A program made the position numbers and the translations under genes. A DNA stretch of 64,000 bases from Anaerolineae bacterium. GTDB lineage: Bacteria; Chloroflexota; Anaerolineae; Epilineales; JAHCIE01. The notes beneath the pieces are model-generated. The model saw nothing but the letters and a program-made list of their open reading frames with translations. It was not told the origin of the DNA and ran no database searches. Shown here in pieces: positions 21,600 through 30,931 of this stretch (positions are counted from its first letter, which is position 1; each line of letters opens with the position of its first letter). The stretch covers positions 25,552 through 89,551 of the forward strand of contig JAXLWJ010000010.1 of NCBI GenBank assembly GCA_046328535.1. The letters run 5' to 3'.

Positions 21600-22319
21600 A
21601 TGCCCCTGCGCGCGCTCATCTTCGACGTAGACGGCACCATCGCCGACACCGAACGCGACGGCCACCTGGCCGCGTGCAACGACGCCTTCGCCGCCCTCGG
21701 CTACCCCATCCACTGGTCGTGGGACGAGTTCAGGGCGATGCTCCACATCCCCGGCAATGCTCAGCGCATGCGCCTGGCCCTGGCGCGCCTCGAGCCGCCC
21801 CTAAGCGACGCCGCGCTTGACGACGCCGTAGCCCGCCTGGTGGCGCTCAAGCAGCGCCTCTACAATGAAACGTACGCGCCGCAGCTCCCCCTGCGGCCGG
21901 GAATCCGCGCCTTGATCTCGGACGCCGTGGCGCGCGGCGTCCGCCTCGCCATCGTCTCCACGTCAGACGAGAACCAGATCGTCGCCCTTCTGCGCCACCA
22001 CCTCGCCGCCGCCGCCGACTGCTTCAACCCCGTCCTCGGCAAGGGCGCGGGCGTCAAGACTGCCCCCGACTCGCCCGTCTACCGCCGCTGCATCGCGGAG
22101 CTGGGCCTGCCCCCTTGCGAGTGCCTGGTCATCGAGGACTCGGAGGTCGGCCTGCGGGCGGCGCGTGTCGCCGGGTTGCCGACGGCGGTGTTCTACAACG
22201 ACTACACCTTCGGGCAGAGCTTCGCCGGGGCCGCGCTCGTCGCCCGCAGCGCCGCGTTCTTCACTCTGGACGAGCTTGCCGCCCTCTGCCTGCCCGACGG
22301 GCGCGGCGCGGGAACATGA
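21600..22319 (+). CDS. HAD-IA hydrolase, CbbY-like
   Basis: LIFDVDGTIADTE (DxDG motif), ...AIVSTS..., ...IEDSEVGLRAARVAGL. Layout resembles CbbY-type phosphatases. Confidence 0.65.
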   Translation: MPLRALIFDVDGTIADTERDGHLAACNDAFAALGYPIHWSWDEFRAMLHIPGNAQRMRLALARLEPPLSDAALDDAVARLVALKQRLYNETYAPQLPLRPGIRALISDAVARGVRLAIVSTSDENQIVALLRHHLAAAADCFNPVLGKGAGVKTAPDSPVYRRCIAELGLPPCECLVIEDSEVGLRAARVAGLPTAVFYNDYTFGQSFAGAALVARSAAFFTLDELAALCLPDGRGAGT

Positions 22320-23107
22320 GCGACAAACCGCCAATGTACGAGTGGTACACGCAGTACTATGCCGCTGTTGCCAGCAGCCGCGCCAACGCGCTCTACTGTG
22401 AGCGCCTGGCCGGGCGCAACCTGTGCCAGCACGACTTCACCGAGATGTCCCACCTGGACCGCATCATCGAGGTCACGGGGATGAGCGGCGGGCAGCGCGT
22501 GCTCGACATGGGCTGCGGCAATGGCTTCATCGCCGAGTACCTCTCCGACACGAGCGGCGCGAACGTCACCGGGGTTGACTTCATCCCCGACGCCATCCGC
22601 CAGGCCCAGGAGCGCACCCGCGCCAAGGCCGACAGGCTCGACTTCCGCATCGGCGACATGGCCCACCTGGGCTTCCCGCCCGCGAGCTTTGAAATCATCG
22701 TCTCTATTGACACACTCTACTTTACGCCCCTGGATGAGACAGTGCGGCAGATGACGGCCCTCCTGAAGCAGGGCGGGCAGATGGCGATCTTCTACTCCTA
22801 TGGGCGCGAACCGTGGGTTCCCCGCGAGACATTCCCGACCGAAAACACCCTGCCCGACGCAACACCCCTTGCCCGCGCGCTCCGGGCCAACGGCCTCGCG
22901 TACGAAACCGTGGACTACACCGACGACGACTACCAGCACGCCCTGCGCAAGCGGGCGATTGCGGAGGAGCTACACGCGGCGTTCGAGGCCGAGGGCAACC
23001 TCTTCCTGTACGAGAACCACTATGGCGAGGCCGTGGGCGTCGCGGCGGCCATTGAAGAGGGCGCCCACCGCCGCTACCTCTACCATGTGCGACTGCCGGG
23101 GTCATAG
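22316..23107 (+). CDS. Class I SAM-dependent methyltransferase
   Basis: VLDMGCGNGFIAEYL motif. ATGA overlap with the upstream stop. Confidence 0.8.
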   Translation: MSDKPPMYEWYTQYYAAVASSRANALYCERLAGRNLCQHDFTEMSHLDRIIEVTGMSGGQRVLDMGCGNGFIAEYLSDTSGANVTGVDFIPDAIRQAQERTRAKADRLDFRIGDMAHLGFPPASFEIIVSIDTLYFTPLDETVRQMTALLKQGGQMAIFYSYGREPWVPRETFPTENTLPDATPLARALRANGLAYETVDYTDDDYQHALRKRAIAEELHAAFEAEGNLFLYENHYGEAVGVAAAIEEGAHRRYLYHVRLPGS

Positions 23108-23155
23108 AGGGTTACACGTTCTAGCGCCTTTGCGTTGTTGCGTTTCGCTACCTTC

Positions 23156-24001
23156 TCAGCCGAGGCGGTAGAAGGCGGTGGCGTTGGCGGCGAAGAGGCG
23201 CGCCTGGTCGGCGGCCGACAGGTCGCGCGTCGCGCCGCGCAGCGTCTCCACCCAGCGGTCGTAGGTCGTGGCGAGGTAGGCGACCGGCGCGTCGCTGCCG
23301 AACATGACTCGCGCCACGCCGAACGACTCAATGACCGCCTCGATGTAGGGGCGTAGGTCCTCCGCCGTCCAGTTCGCCGTGTCCGCCTCTGTCACCAGCC
23401 CCGAAATCTTGCACCAGACATTCGGCAGCGCCGCCAGCGCGGCGATGTTCTGCCGCCACGGCTCCAGGACGTGACCTTTGATATCCGGCTTCCCGATGTG
23501 ATCCAGGACGAAGCGCACGTCCGGGCATTGCTCCACGAGGCGGATGACGTCGGGGAGCTGCGGGTGCTTGATGCACAGGTCGCACGTGAAGCCATACTCG
23601 GCCAGCAGCTGCACGCCCTGGACAAACGCCGGCTGCACGCTGAAGCCGAGCGGCTCCGACTGAATGAGGCGGCGGATGCCTTTGACCAGCGGCCGCAGCG
23701 ACAGCGTCTCCAGGATGGGCGCGGCGGCGTCCGGGCGCTCTAGCGGGGCGAAGGCGACGATGCCGCGGATGCGGCGGTCGGTGTCGGCCAGCCCGCTGAC
23801 CCAATCCACCTCGGCGACGCCCTGGTTCGGCAGGCAGTCGGCCTGCACGAAGACGATGCGCTCCACGCGGTAGTCGGCGCCGCCGGTCGGCACGTGGTCG
23901 GGCAGGTAGGGGCGATTGAGGGACGGCAGCTCCTCTAGCCAGGGGTAGCTCAGGTAGCCGGTGTCCCAGAAGTGGGCGTGGCTGTCAACGACGGATAGCA
24001 T
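23156..24001 (-). CDS. Amidohydrolase-2 family protein (lactonase/decarboxylase-like TIM barrel)
   Basis: MLSVVDSHAHFWD start and ...VLDHIGKPD...MFGSDAPV motifs. Confidence 0.75.
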   Translation of the reverse strand: MLSVVDSHAHFWDTGYLSYPWLEELPSLNRPYLPDHVPTGGADYRVERIVFVQADCLPNQGVAEVDWVSGLADTDRRIRGIVAFAPLERPDAAAPILETLSLRPLVKGIRRLIQSEPLGFSVQPAFVQGVQLLAEYGFTCDLCIKHPQLPDVIRLVEQCPDVRFVLDHIGKPDIKGHVLEPWRQNIAALAALPNVWCKISGLVTEADTANWTAEDLRPYIEAVIESFGVARVMFGSDAPVAYLATTYDRWVETLRGATRDLSAADQARLFAANATAFYRLG

Positions 24002-24015
24002 AGAGTTGTCCCCTT

Positions 24016-25041
24016 TCACGCCCACTCGACGACGGCCTTGACGACGCCACTCTCCGGGCGCATCCACGTCTGGAACTCGTCGAGCATCGCCTCTGGCCCG
24101 GCGCGGTGGGTGATCCAGGGGTTGAGGTCAATCGCGTCCGCTTCGAGCGCCCCGATGACCCCGGCAAAGTCCTCGGCGGTGGCGTTGCGGCTGCGATAGA
24201 GCGTCACCTCGCGGCGGTGGAACTCCGGGTCGTCCAGGCTGAGCTGCCCCTGGACCAGGCCGACGAACACGAGCTTACCGGCGCTCGCCAGGTACTGCAC
24301 CGCGCCCATCATCGAACGCGGGTTGCCGGTCGCGTCGAACACGGCCGTCGGCAGGTCGCCGCCGAGCATCTCACGCAGGCGCGCCGGGGCGTCCTCCAGT
24401 GAGTCGAGGACGCGCTCCACGCCGCCGTGCCTTCGGGCGAACTCGACGCGCTTGGGGTTGATCTCCAGCAAGGTGACATCGGCGCCGGCGAGGCGGACGA
24501 ACTGCATCGTCGCCAGGCCGATGGGGCCGGCGCCGATGACGAGCGCCCTCTCGCCCGGCGTGAGGCCAGGGCGGCGGGCGGCGTGGGCGCCAATGGCGAG
24601 CGGCTCGACCAGCGCCAGGTGGTCGGCGGAGAGGGTCGGCGCGATGTGCAGGTTCTCCACCGGGACGACGAACGCATCGCGCATCCCGCCGTCAATATGG
24701 ACGCCGATGACCCGCAGCTTCTCGCAGCAGTTGGGCGCGCCCCGGCGGCAGGCGCTGCACTGCCCGCAAGCGATGTAGGGACGCACCGCGCAGCGGACGC
24801 CCTCAGTCAGGCCCGGCGGCATCTCGCCCGCCCCCAGGGCCACCACCTCGACGGCCAGCTCGTGGCCGAGGACACGCGGGTAGCTGAAGTACGGCTGCGT
24901 CCCTTCGAAGGCGTGGAAGTCGGTGCCGCAGACGCCGATGCGCAGGACACGGACGAGGGCCTCGCCCGGTCCGGGGCGGAGCGGGGACGCGGTGTCGGTC
25001 AGGGCAAAGCTGCCCGGTTCACTCAAGACGATTGTTTTCAT
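24016..25041 (-). CDS. Zinc-dependent alcohol/polyol dehydrogenase (MDR family)
   Basis: GVCGTDFHAFEG...GHELAVEV, Cys cluster CGQCSACRRGAPNCC and VIGAGPIGL motif. ATG 25041 is chosen because the upstream extension is repeat-like spacer. Confidence 0.85.
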   Translation of the reverse strand: MKTIVLSEPGSFALTDTASPLRPGPGEALVRVLRIGVCGTDFHAFEGTQPYFSYPRVLGHELAVEVVALGAGEMPPGLTEGVRCAVRPYIACGQCSACRRGAPNCCEKLRVIGVHIDGGMRDAFVVPVENLHIAPTLSADHLALVEPLAIGAHAARRPGLTPGERALVIGAGPIGLATMQFVRLAGADVTLLEINPKRVEFARRHGGVERVLDSLEDAPARLREMLGGDLPTAVFDATGNPRSMMGAVQYLASAGKLVFVGLVQGQLSLDDPEFHRREVTLYRSRNATAEDFAGVIGALEADAIDLNPWITHRAGPEAMLDEFQTWMRPESGVVKAVVEWA

Positions 25042-25416
25042 AGAGTGTATTTCCTGATGATACGCGTGGGCTGTCATGCTGAGACTCCCATGCCCGTGGC
25101 GGCATGCGCCGTCGCAAGAACACTGCCAGGCCGTCATTGCGAGGCGGGCTTTGCCGCCGAAGCAATCCCCCGCCCTTGTAACAAGGTTGCTCATTCAGCT
25201 ACAGCAGGTCAATAGCCTAACGTGAGGCTGTTTCGTCGTCCTATCGTCCTCCTCGCAGCGACGCCATCGTTTGTGTTCTGCCAGGATGATAGCGCAAGCG
25301 ACTCTGCGGTCAAGTCTGCGGTGACAAATCCAGCCGACAGGCCCAAGCGTCTGTCACATATGTTCCCGCGACGACGACAGCTTGAAACGCTAAAATGAGC
25401 TAACCTGGAGGATGAC

Positions 25417-25905
25417 ATGGCAACGAACATGGCGATGGCGACGGTGACACGGGCGGCCGAGGGGCAGACGTGCCGCTGCCTCGATACGGACTTTACCTTC
25501 AAGGTCACGGCGGCGGAGACCGGCGGCGCGTACTCAATGATGGAGATTGTCTCCGGGCCGCAGCTCGGTGTCCCGCCGCACATGAACGAGCAGGATGAGA
25601 CGCACATGGTCGCGGAAGGCACGTATGGCTTCGTCCTGGGCGATCAGCAGATGGTGCTTGGCCCCGGCGACCTGGTGTACGTTCCGCGGGGCGTGGCGCA
25701 CGGCTTCCAGAACATCGGCGAGACGGTGGGCCGTATCATTTTCATCGCGTCCCCCGGCGGGCCAGGCGAGCGCTTCGTCGAAGAGCTGGCCGTCGCGATG
25801 GCAGGCAAGGGGATTGCGGACACCGCCGATCCCGCCGTGCTACAACGAATCGCCGAGATCGGCGCCAGACATGGTGTGACGATGGCCCCGCCGCCCGGCG
25901 CGTGA
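25417..25905 (+). CDS. Cupin-domain protein
   Basis: PPHMNEQDETHMVAEG...GDLVYVPRGVAHGFQN two-motif cupin signature. GGAGGA ribosome-binding site. Confidence 0.75.
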   Translation: MATNMAMATVTRAAEGQTCRCLDTDFTFKVTAAETGGAYSMMEIVSGPQLGVPPHMNEQDETHMVAEGTYGFVLGDQQMVLGPGDLVYVPRGVAHGFQNIGETVGRIIFIASPGGPGERFVEELAVAMAGKGIADTADPAVLQRIAEIGARHGVTMAPPPGA

Positions 25906-25917
25906 GGCCGGGGGCAT

Positions 25918-25958
25918 GGGGCGGGCGGCGGACCATTCCGCTGCCTGCCCCTTTTCTG
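25918..25958 (+). terminator. Intrinsic terminator
   Basis: 14-bp GC-rich stem ggggcgggcggcgg / ccgctgcctgcccc (two G-T wobble positions), 6-nt loop, followed by ttttctgt. Lies 13 nt after the cupin stop. Confidence 0.7.
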
Positions 25959-26018
25959 TCGGCATACAATCCCGGCCTTCTGTGCTATGATTAAGAGGTC
26001 ATGGTCACAGGAGGCTCA

Positions 26019-27428
26019 ATGGACGCTGACACCACGTATGATTTGTTGGTAATCGGTTCCGGTCCGGCGGGACAGCGCGCGGCCATCCAGGGCGCGAAGC
26101 TCGGCAAGCGCGTCGCCGTCGTCGAGCGCAAGGCCGTCGTTGGCGGCGTGTGCATCAACACAGGCACGATCCCTAGCAAGACGCTGCGGGAAGCCGTGCT
26201 CTACCTGACGGGCTACCGCGAACGCGGCATGTACGGCGCGTCGTACACGGTCAAGCAAAATATCACGATTGCCGATCTGCTGTTCCGCGCCAACCACGTC
26301 ATGACCCACGAGGTCGAGGTGGTTCGGTCGCAGCTGATGCGCAATCGCATAGACGTCCTCTCCGCTGAGGCGACCTTTCTCGATCCCCACAGCATTCGCC
26401 TGCACTATCTCGTGGGCGGCGGCTACCGCGATGTCACGGCGGACAAGGTCATCATCGCCGTCGGCACCAATGCCACCCAGGACCCCCACATCCCGTTCGA
26501 CGGCCAGCACATCTTCATCAGCGACGACATTCTGCGGCTCGACCACCTGCCGCGCACACTCAGCATCATCGGCGCGGGCATCATTGGCCTGGAGTATGCC
26601 AGCCTGTTCGCGGCGCTGGGCGTCAAGGTCACCCTGGTGGACAAGCGGGACCGGCTGCTGCCATTCATTGACGCGGAGATCATGGATACCCTGGCGTATC
26701 ACCTGCGCGAGAATCTGGTGATGCTGCGCCTCGGCGAGGAGGTGCGCAGCATCGAGCCGCTCGACGACGCCCACAACGGGCGGGTCAGAATCAATCTAGA
26801 GAGTGGCAAGCAGATTGTGACGGAGAAGGCGCTGTACAGCATCGGCCGCACCGGCGCGACGGAGTCGCTGAACCTGGCGGCGGCCGGCCTCAGCGCCGAC
26901 GACCGCGGGCGTATCCCGGTGAACGAGAACTACCAGACGAGCGCCCCGCACATCTACGCCGTCGGCGACGTCATCGGCTTCCCCAGCCTGGCGTCCACGT
27001 CCATGGAGCAGGGGCGGCTGGCGGCGGCCCACGCCTTCGGCCTGCCGACGAACAGCATGCCGCACCTCTACCCGTATGGCATCTACGCCATCCCGGAGAT
27101 CTCGACCGTCGGCAAGAACGAGGAGGAGCTGACCAAGGCGGACATCCCCTATGAGGTCGGCAAGGCGTGGTACCGCGAGACGGCGCGCGGGCAGATCATC
27201 GGCGACACGAGCGGCTTTCTCAAGCTCATTTTCCACTTGGAGACGCGCGCGCTGCTGGGCGTACATATTATCGGGGAGGGGGCGAGTGAGCTGATCCACA
27301 TCGGCCAGGCGGTGATGAGCTGCGGCGGAACGGTGGACTACTTCGTCAACACCGTCTTCAACTACCCGACACTGGCCGAGTGCTACAAGGTCGCCGCCTT
27401 CGACGGCATCAACCGCCTCGTGGGGTAG
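26019..27428 (+). CDS. sthA: Soluble pyridine nucleotide transhydrogenase
   Basis: YDLLVIGSGPAGQ, single-Cys GGVCINTGTIPSK, YAVGDVIGFPSLAS and FNYPTLAECYKVAAFDG motifs track SthA along the full length. GGAGG precedes ATG 26019. Confidence 0.8.
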   Translation: MDADTTYDLLVIGSGPAGQRAAIQGAKLGKRVAVVERKAVVGGVCINTGTIPSKTLREAVLYLTGYRERGMYGASYTVKQNITIADLLFRANHVMTHEVEVVRSQLMRNRIDVLSAEATFLDPHSIRLHYLVGGGYRDVTADKVIIAVGTNATQDPHIPFDGQHIFISDDILRLDHLPRTLSIIGAGIIGLEYASLFAALGVKVTLVDKRDRLLPFIDAEIMDTLAYHLRENLVMLRLGEEVRSIEPLDDAHNGRVRINLESGKQIVTEKALYSIGRTGATESLNLAAAGLSADDRGRIPVNENYQTSAPHIYAVGDVIGFPSLASTSMEQGRLAAAHAFGLPTNSMPHLYPYGIYAIPEISTVGKNEEELTKADIPYEVGKAWYRETARGQIIGDTSGFLKLIFHLETRALLGVHIIGEGASELIHIGQAVMSCGGTVDYFVNTVFNYPTLAECYKVAAFDGINRLVG

Positions 27429-27438
27429 CGCCGCGGGT

Positions 27439-27467
27439 TTGGCAAGGGCGAAGACATTGCGTAAAAT
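27439..27467 (+). promoter_or_regulatory. Sigma70-like promoter candidate (TTGGCA-N17-TAAAAT) for the toxin-antitoxin pair
   Basis: ttggca at 27439-27444, a 17-nt spacer and taaaat at 27462-27467, followed by AAGGAGGAG and ATG 27503. Confidence 0.5.
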
Positions 27468-27502
27468 ACGTAGAGTGGTAGGGACGTAAGGAGGAGTTGG
27501 CT

Positions 27503-27979
27503 ATGTCTTCGGCGACGATCATCACCAGGACCGATCTCGCCCGGCGCACGCGCGACGTGGTTGACCAGGCTCAACGCGGCCACATCTTTGTTGTGGAGAG
27601 CTATGGGGAGGAGCAGGTTGCCATTCTCGACATCCAGGACTACCGTCTGCTGCTCGCCGTCGCCAGTTATCACGCTCAGCCGGAGGGAGACGCGTTGCGC
27701 GCCATGTCTGCGCGCGATACGGCGCAGGCGCCGGAGGGTTTGAGCGAAGCGGCTGTCGAAGAAGCAGTCGCTGCGGCCGCCGCCGACCCGCAAGTTGGCT
27801 GGAACATGATCATCAGGGCGTACCTGGATGGGAATATCAGCTTTGGTCGGATGGCCGATCTACTGGTCCTCTCGCGCTTCGATCTGGCTCAGCGCTTCAC
27901 CCGACTGGGGCTGCCGCTCCGTCTGGGCGCAGCAAATGCAGATGAAGCTAAAGCCGAACTAAGAGCCTTGCTCGATTAG
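27503..27979 (+). CDS. Antitoxin: Phd/YefM-like N-terminus fused to a UPF0175-like C-terminus
   Basis: N-terminus ITRTDLARRTRDVVDQAQRGHIFVVESYGEEQVAILDIQDY. C-terminus AYLDGNISFGRMADLLVLSRFDLAQRFTRLGLP. Confidence 0.65.
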   Translation: MSSATIITRTDLARRTRDVVDQAQRGHIFVVESYGEEQVAILDIQDYRLLLAVASYHAQPEGDALRAMSARDTAQAPEGLSEAAVEEAVAAAAADPQVGWNMIIRAYLDGNISFGRMADLLVLSRFDLAQRFTRLGLPLRLGAANADEAKAELRALLD

Positions 27980-27991
27980 GCTAGCAAGCCC

Positions 27992-28570
27992 GTGACCAGG
28001 CGTTTGCTCGACACCACCGTTCTCAACAACTTCGCTCAGGTGCAGCGGCCGGACCTTCTGCGGCTGGTGTTAGGCGAGACCGCCGCCACGACGCCAACGG
28101 TGATGGCGGAGCTGCGCGATGGTGAGCGACTTGGGTATGTTCCGGTTTGTGACTGGGCGTGGCTATCGGTGCTGAAGCCAACCGCTGAAGAGAGTGATGT
28201 GGCGGAAGGGTGGGAGACCCTGCTGGACCGAGGTGAAGCGGAGTGCCTGGCTGTGGCCGAGGCGCGAGGCTACGTATTTCTGTCAGATGACTTTGCAGCG
28301 CGGCGCCTGGCCCAACAGCGCCGCGTTGCTGTTTCCGGAACAATAGGTGTGCTGCTGCTGCTGATTCGCGGGGCGCATTTGACCACAGTTGAGGCGGATG
28401 TGCTTATAGCGGCCATGATAGGCCACGGCTACAGATCCCCGGTGCAGTCGCTCAAGGACTTGCTATTAGCCGAAGTAGCGGTCCACCGCGTTGGCGAAAG
28501 CGTCGGCGAGGGCGGCGCGGATGCGCGGCTGAGTGAGCAGCCGGGCCTCGTAGGCATTGCTGACGAATAG
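27992..28570 (+). CDS. PIN-like (DUF3368-type) toxin candidate
   Basis: LLDTTVLNNFAQV...GEAECLAVAEARG...FLSDDFAARR pattern. GTG start is 12 nt after the antitoxin stop. The last ~35 codons overlap the convergent amidase gene and may not be translated. Confidence 0.6.
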   Translation: MTRRLLDTTVLNNFAQVQRPDLLRLVLGETAATTPTVMAELRDGERLGYVPVCDWAWLSVLKPTAEESDVAEGWETLLDRGEAECLAVAEARGYVFLSDDFAARRLAQQRRVAVSGTIGVLLLLIRGAHLTTVEADVLIAAMIGHGYRSPVQSLKDLLLAEVAVHRVGESVGEGGADARLSEQPGLVGIADE

Positions 28571-29305
28571 CGCCTCCGACAGGACGCCGGGCATCTCCGT
28601 CGCGCGGAGCTTGGGCGCAAATCGTCGCCGCTCGCCGTTGGCCGGCGTCGGCCGGGCGAACAGGCTTGGGTTAGGAGCGCGAAGCGGGCCGAGGACGAAC
28701 AGGTGGCCGCGGTACGCGCCGCGCGAGTAGAGCAGGGCGTCGTCGGTCACGCCGCGATCCGGCGAGTCGTAGCCCTGGCGGGCCAGCGCCGCCAGCACTT
28801 CTTCCAGGACGAGCTGCCCAAACCGAAACGATTGGTCGGCGAACGGGCGGTCGGCGCAGTAGTAGACCTCGCTGCCCGCCGCGCTCGCGTTTGTGCTGCC
28901 GTTGTGGTGGATGGACAGGAACAGGTCGGCGTGGACGGCGTTGGCCTGGTCCACGACGGATTGGAGGCCGTCGCGGTTGGTACTCTGGCCGTCGCCGTTG
29001 ACATCCTCACTGCCGCCGGGCTGGTCCGCCGTCTCCCGCGACAGGTAGACCGTGTAGCCGTGTTCGCGCAGGCGGTCGGCGGTGCGCAGCGCAATATCCA
29101 GGTTGACCTCGGCTTCCTCCAGCGTGAAGCCAGCGCCGTGGAAGACGGCGCCGCTGTCGCTGCCGCCGTGTCCCGGGTCTATAAAGATGACGGCTTTGGG
29201 GGCGTTCGGCTCGTCAGGCTCATAGGCGCGAGCCGGCCGAACCGAGAGACTGAGAAGCAGGGCGGCGGCCGCCACAGCGGCCAGCCAGTAGAGACGACAC
29301 AGCAT
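28466..29305 (-). CDS. N-acetylmuramoyl-L-alanine amidase (Amidase_3) with signal anchor
   Basis: IFIDPGHGGSDSGA...EAEVNLDIAL...DLFLSIHHNG motifs, preceded by the hydrophobic N-terminus MLCRLYWLAAVAAAALLLSL. GGAG ribosome-binding site before ATG 29305. Confidence 0.85.
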   Translation of the reverse strand: MLCRLYWLAAVAAAALLLSLSVRPARAYEPDEPNAPKAVIFIDPGHGGSDSGAVFHGAGFTLEEAEVNLDIALRTADRLREHGYTVYLSRETADQPGGSEDVNGDGQSTNRDGLQSVVDQANAVHADLFLSIHHNGSTNASAAGSEVYYCADRPFADQSFRFGQLVLEEVLAALARQGYDSPDRGVTDDALLYSRGAYRGHLFVLGPLRAPNPSLFARPTPANGERRRFAPKLRATEMPGVLSEALFVSNAYEARLLTQPRIRAALADAFANAVDRYFG

Positions 29306-29687
29306 GAACTCTCCTCGCTTGTCGGAGCGCTTACCCACTAACACGAGGGACAGGTCAAAAAGTTTCAACCCTCGAAGGTAGAGAAATCACCACCTGGCGT
29401 TAAGAGGTGGTAACGACGAATGGCGGCCGGGGCTGGTATACTGGAAAGTGGCGTGAACAATTGTCGCCTGACGCGAGCAATTGTGATAGACCACCCGAGG
29501 CGCAACGAATCGATGCCGATTCCGAGCAGTGACTTCGCGATAGTACGGACGGGATACCGCAGCACAAGGTATGCCGTCTGTTCGTGTTTCTAGAGCATTG
29601 ACGCGCTTTGCGTAAGTGTCGCACGGCCAGCTCGCGCTCCGCCACCAACAAACAAAGGTCGAGCGCGGCGAGAAAGGAGACTCTTCA

Positions 29688-30908
29688 ATGGCGAAGACAA
29701 TTGGGGTTGTAGGGGCGCTGGATACGAAGGGCGTGGAGTTCGCGTTCGTGAAGCGCGAGATCGAGACGCGCGGGCATACCGCGCTGGTCATTGACGTCGG
29801 CGTCATCGGGCAGCCGGGTTTCCCGCCCGACATACCCGCGTCCGAGGTCGCGCTGGCGGGTGGCGTAAGCCTGCCCGACCTGCGCGCGAAAGATGACAAG
29901 GCGCTGGCGATGAGTGTGATGACGAACGGCGTCGCCGAGGTTGCAAAGCGGCTGTATGAGGCCGGCCGCATTGACGGCATCTTCTCGATGGGCGGCTCGG
30001 CCGGCACGGCTATCGGCACATCGGCCATGCGCGCGCTCCCCATCGGCGTGCCGAAGGTCATGGTCAGCACCGTGGCGTCGGGCGACACCAGGGCCTACGT
30101 CGGGACGAAGGACGTCGTCATGTTCCCCTCCATCGTGGACGTGGCCGGGGTCAACAGCATCAGCGCCCGCATCTACGCCAACGCGGTGGGCGCAATCGTC
30201 GGGATGGTCGAGACGGCCGCGCCGACGATGGAGCACAAGCCCCTGCTCGCCGCCTCGATGTTCGGCAACACCACGCCGGTCGTTACGCGCGTGCGCGAGG
30301 CGATGGAGGCGCGCGGGTTCGAGGTGCTGGTGTTCCACTGCACCGGGACGGGCGGCGCGACGATGGAGAGCCTGATCGAGGCCGGTTTCATCGCCGGTGT
30401 CCTGGACATCACGACGACGGAGTGGGCCGACGAGCTGGTTGGCGGGGTGCTCAACGCCGGGCCGACGCGGCTAGATGCCGCAGCGAAGGTCGGTGTGCCG
30501 CAGATCATCTGCCCCGGCTGCCTGGACATGGTGAACTTCTGGGCGCCCGACACGATCCCCGACAAGTTCAAGGATCGCAATTTCTACCGCTGGAACCCGA
30601 ACGTGACCCTGATGCGCACGACGCCGGAGGAGAACGCCGAGCTGGGGCGCATCCTGGCCGAGAAGGCGAACCAGTCTACCGCGCCCGTGGCGTTCTTCAT
30701 CCCGCTCCAGGGCGTCTCGCAGCTCGACTCGCCGGGCCACGAGTACTGGTGGCCGGCGGCCGACCAGGCGCTCTACGACGCCATCAAGAAGAACCTGCGG
30801 CCCGATATCCCGGTCTACGAGCTGGACAACAACATCAACGACGACGCGTTCGCCGACGCCATCGTCGCCAAGATGCTGGAGTTTCTCCACGTTGGCGTGC
30901 CAGCGTAA
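29688..30908 (+). CDS. UPF0261 / Tm-1 N-terminal-like ATP-binding protein
   Basis: MAKTIGVVGALDTKGVEFAFVK...MGGSAGT...FHCTGTGG pattern. AAAGGAGA ribosome-binding site. Confidence 0.7.
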   Translation: MAKTIGVVGALDTKGVEFAFVKREIETRGHTALVIDVGVIGQPGFPPDIPASEVALAGGVSLPDLRAKDDKALAMSVMTNGVAEVAKRLYEAGRIDGIFSMGGSAGTAIGTSAMRALPIGVPKVMVSTVASGDTRAYVGTKDVVMFPSIVDVAGVNSISARIYANAVGAIVGMVETAAPTMEHKPLLAASMFGNTTPVVTRVREAMEARGFEVLVFHCTGTGGATMESLIEAGFIAGVLDITTTEWADELVGGVLNAGPTRLDAAAKVGVPQIICPGCLDMVNFWAPDTIPDKFKDRNFYRWNPNVTLMRTTPEENAELGRILAEKANQSTAPVAFFIPLQGVSQLDSPGHEYWWPAADQALYDAIKKNLRPDIPVYELDNNINDDAFADAIVAKMLEFLHVGVPA

Positions 30909-30931
30909 AACAAAATCAAGGAGCATATCTC

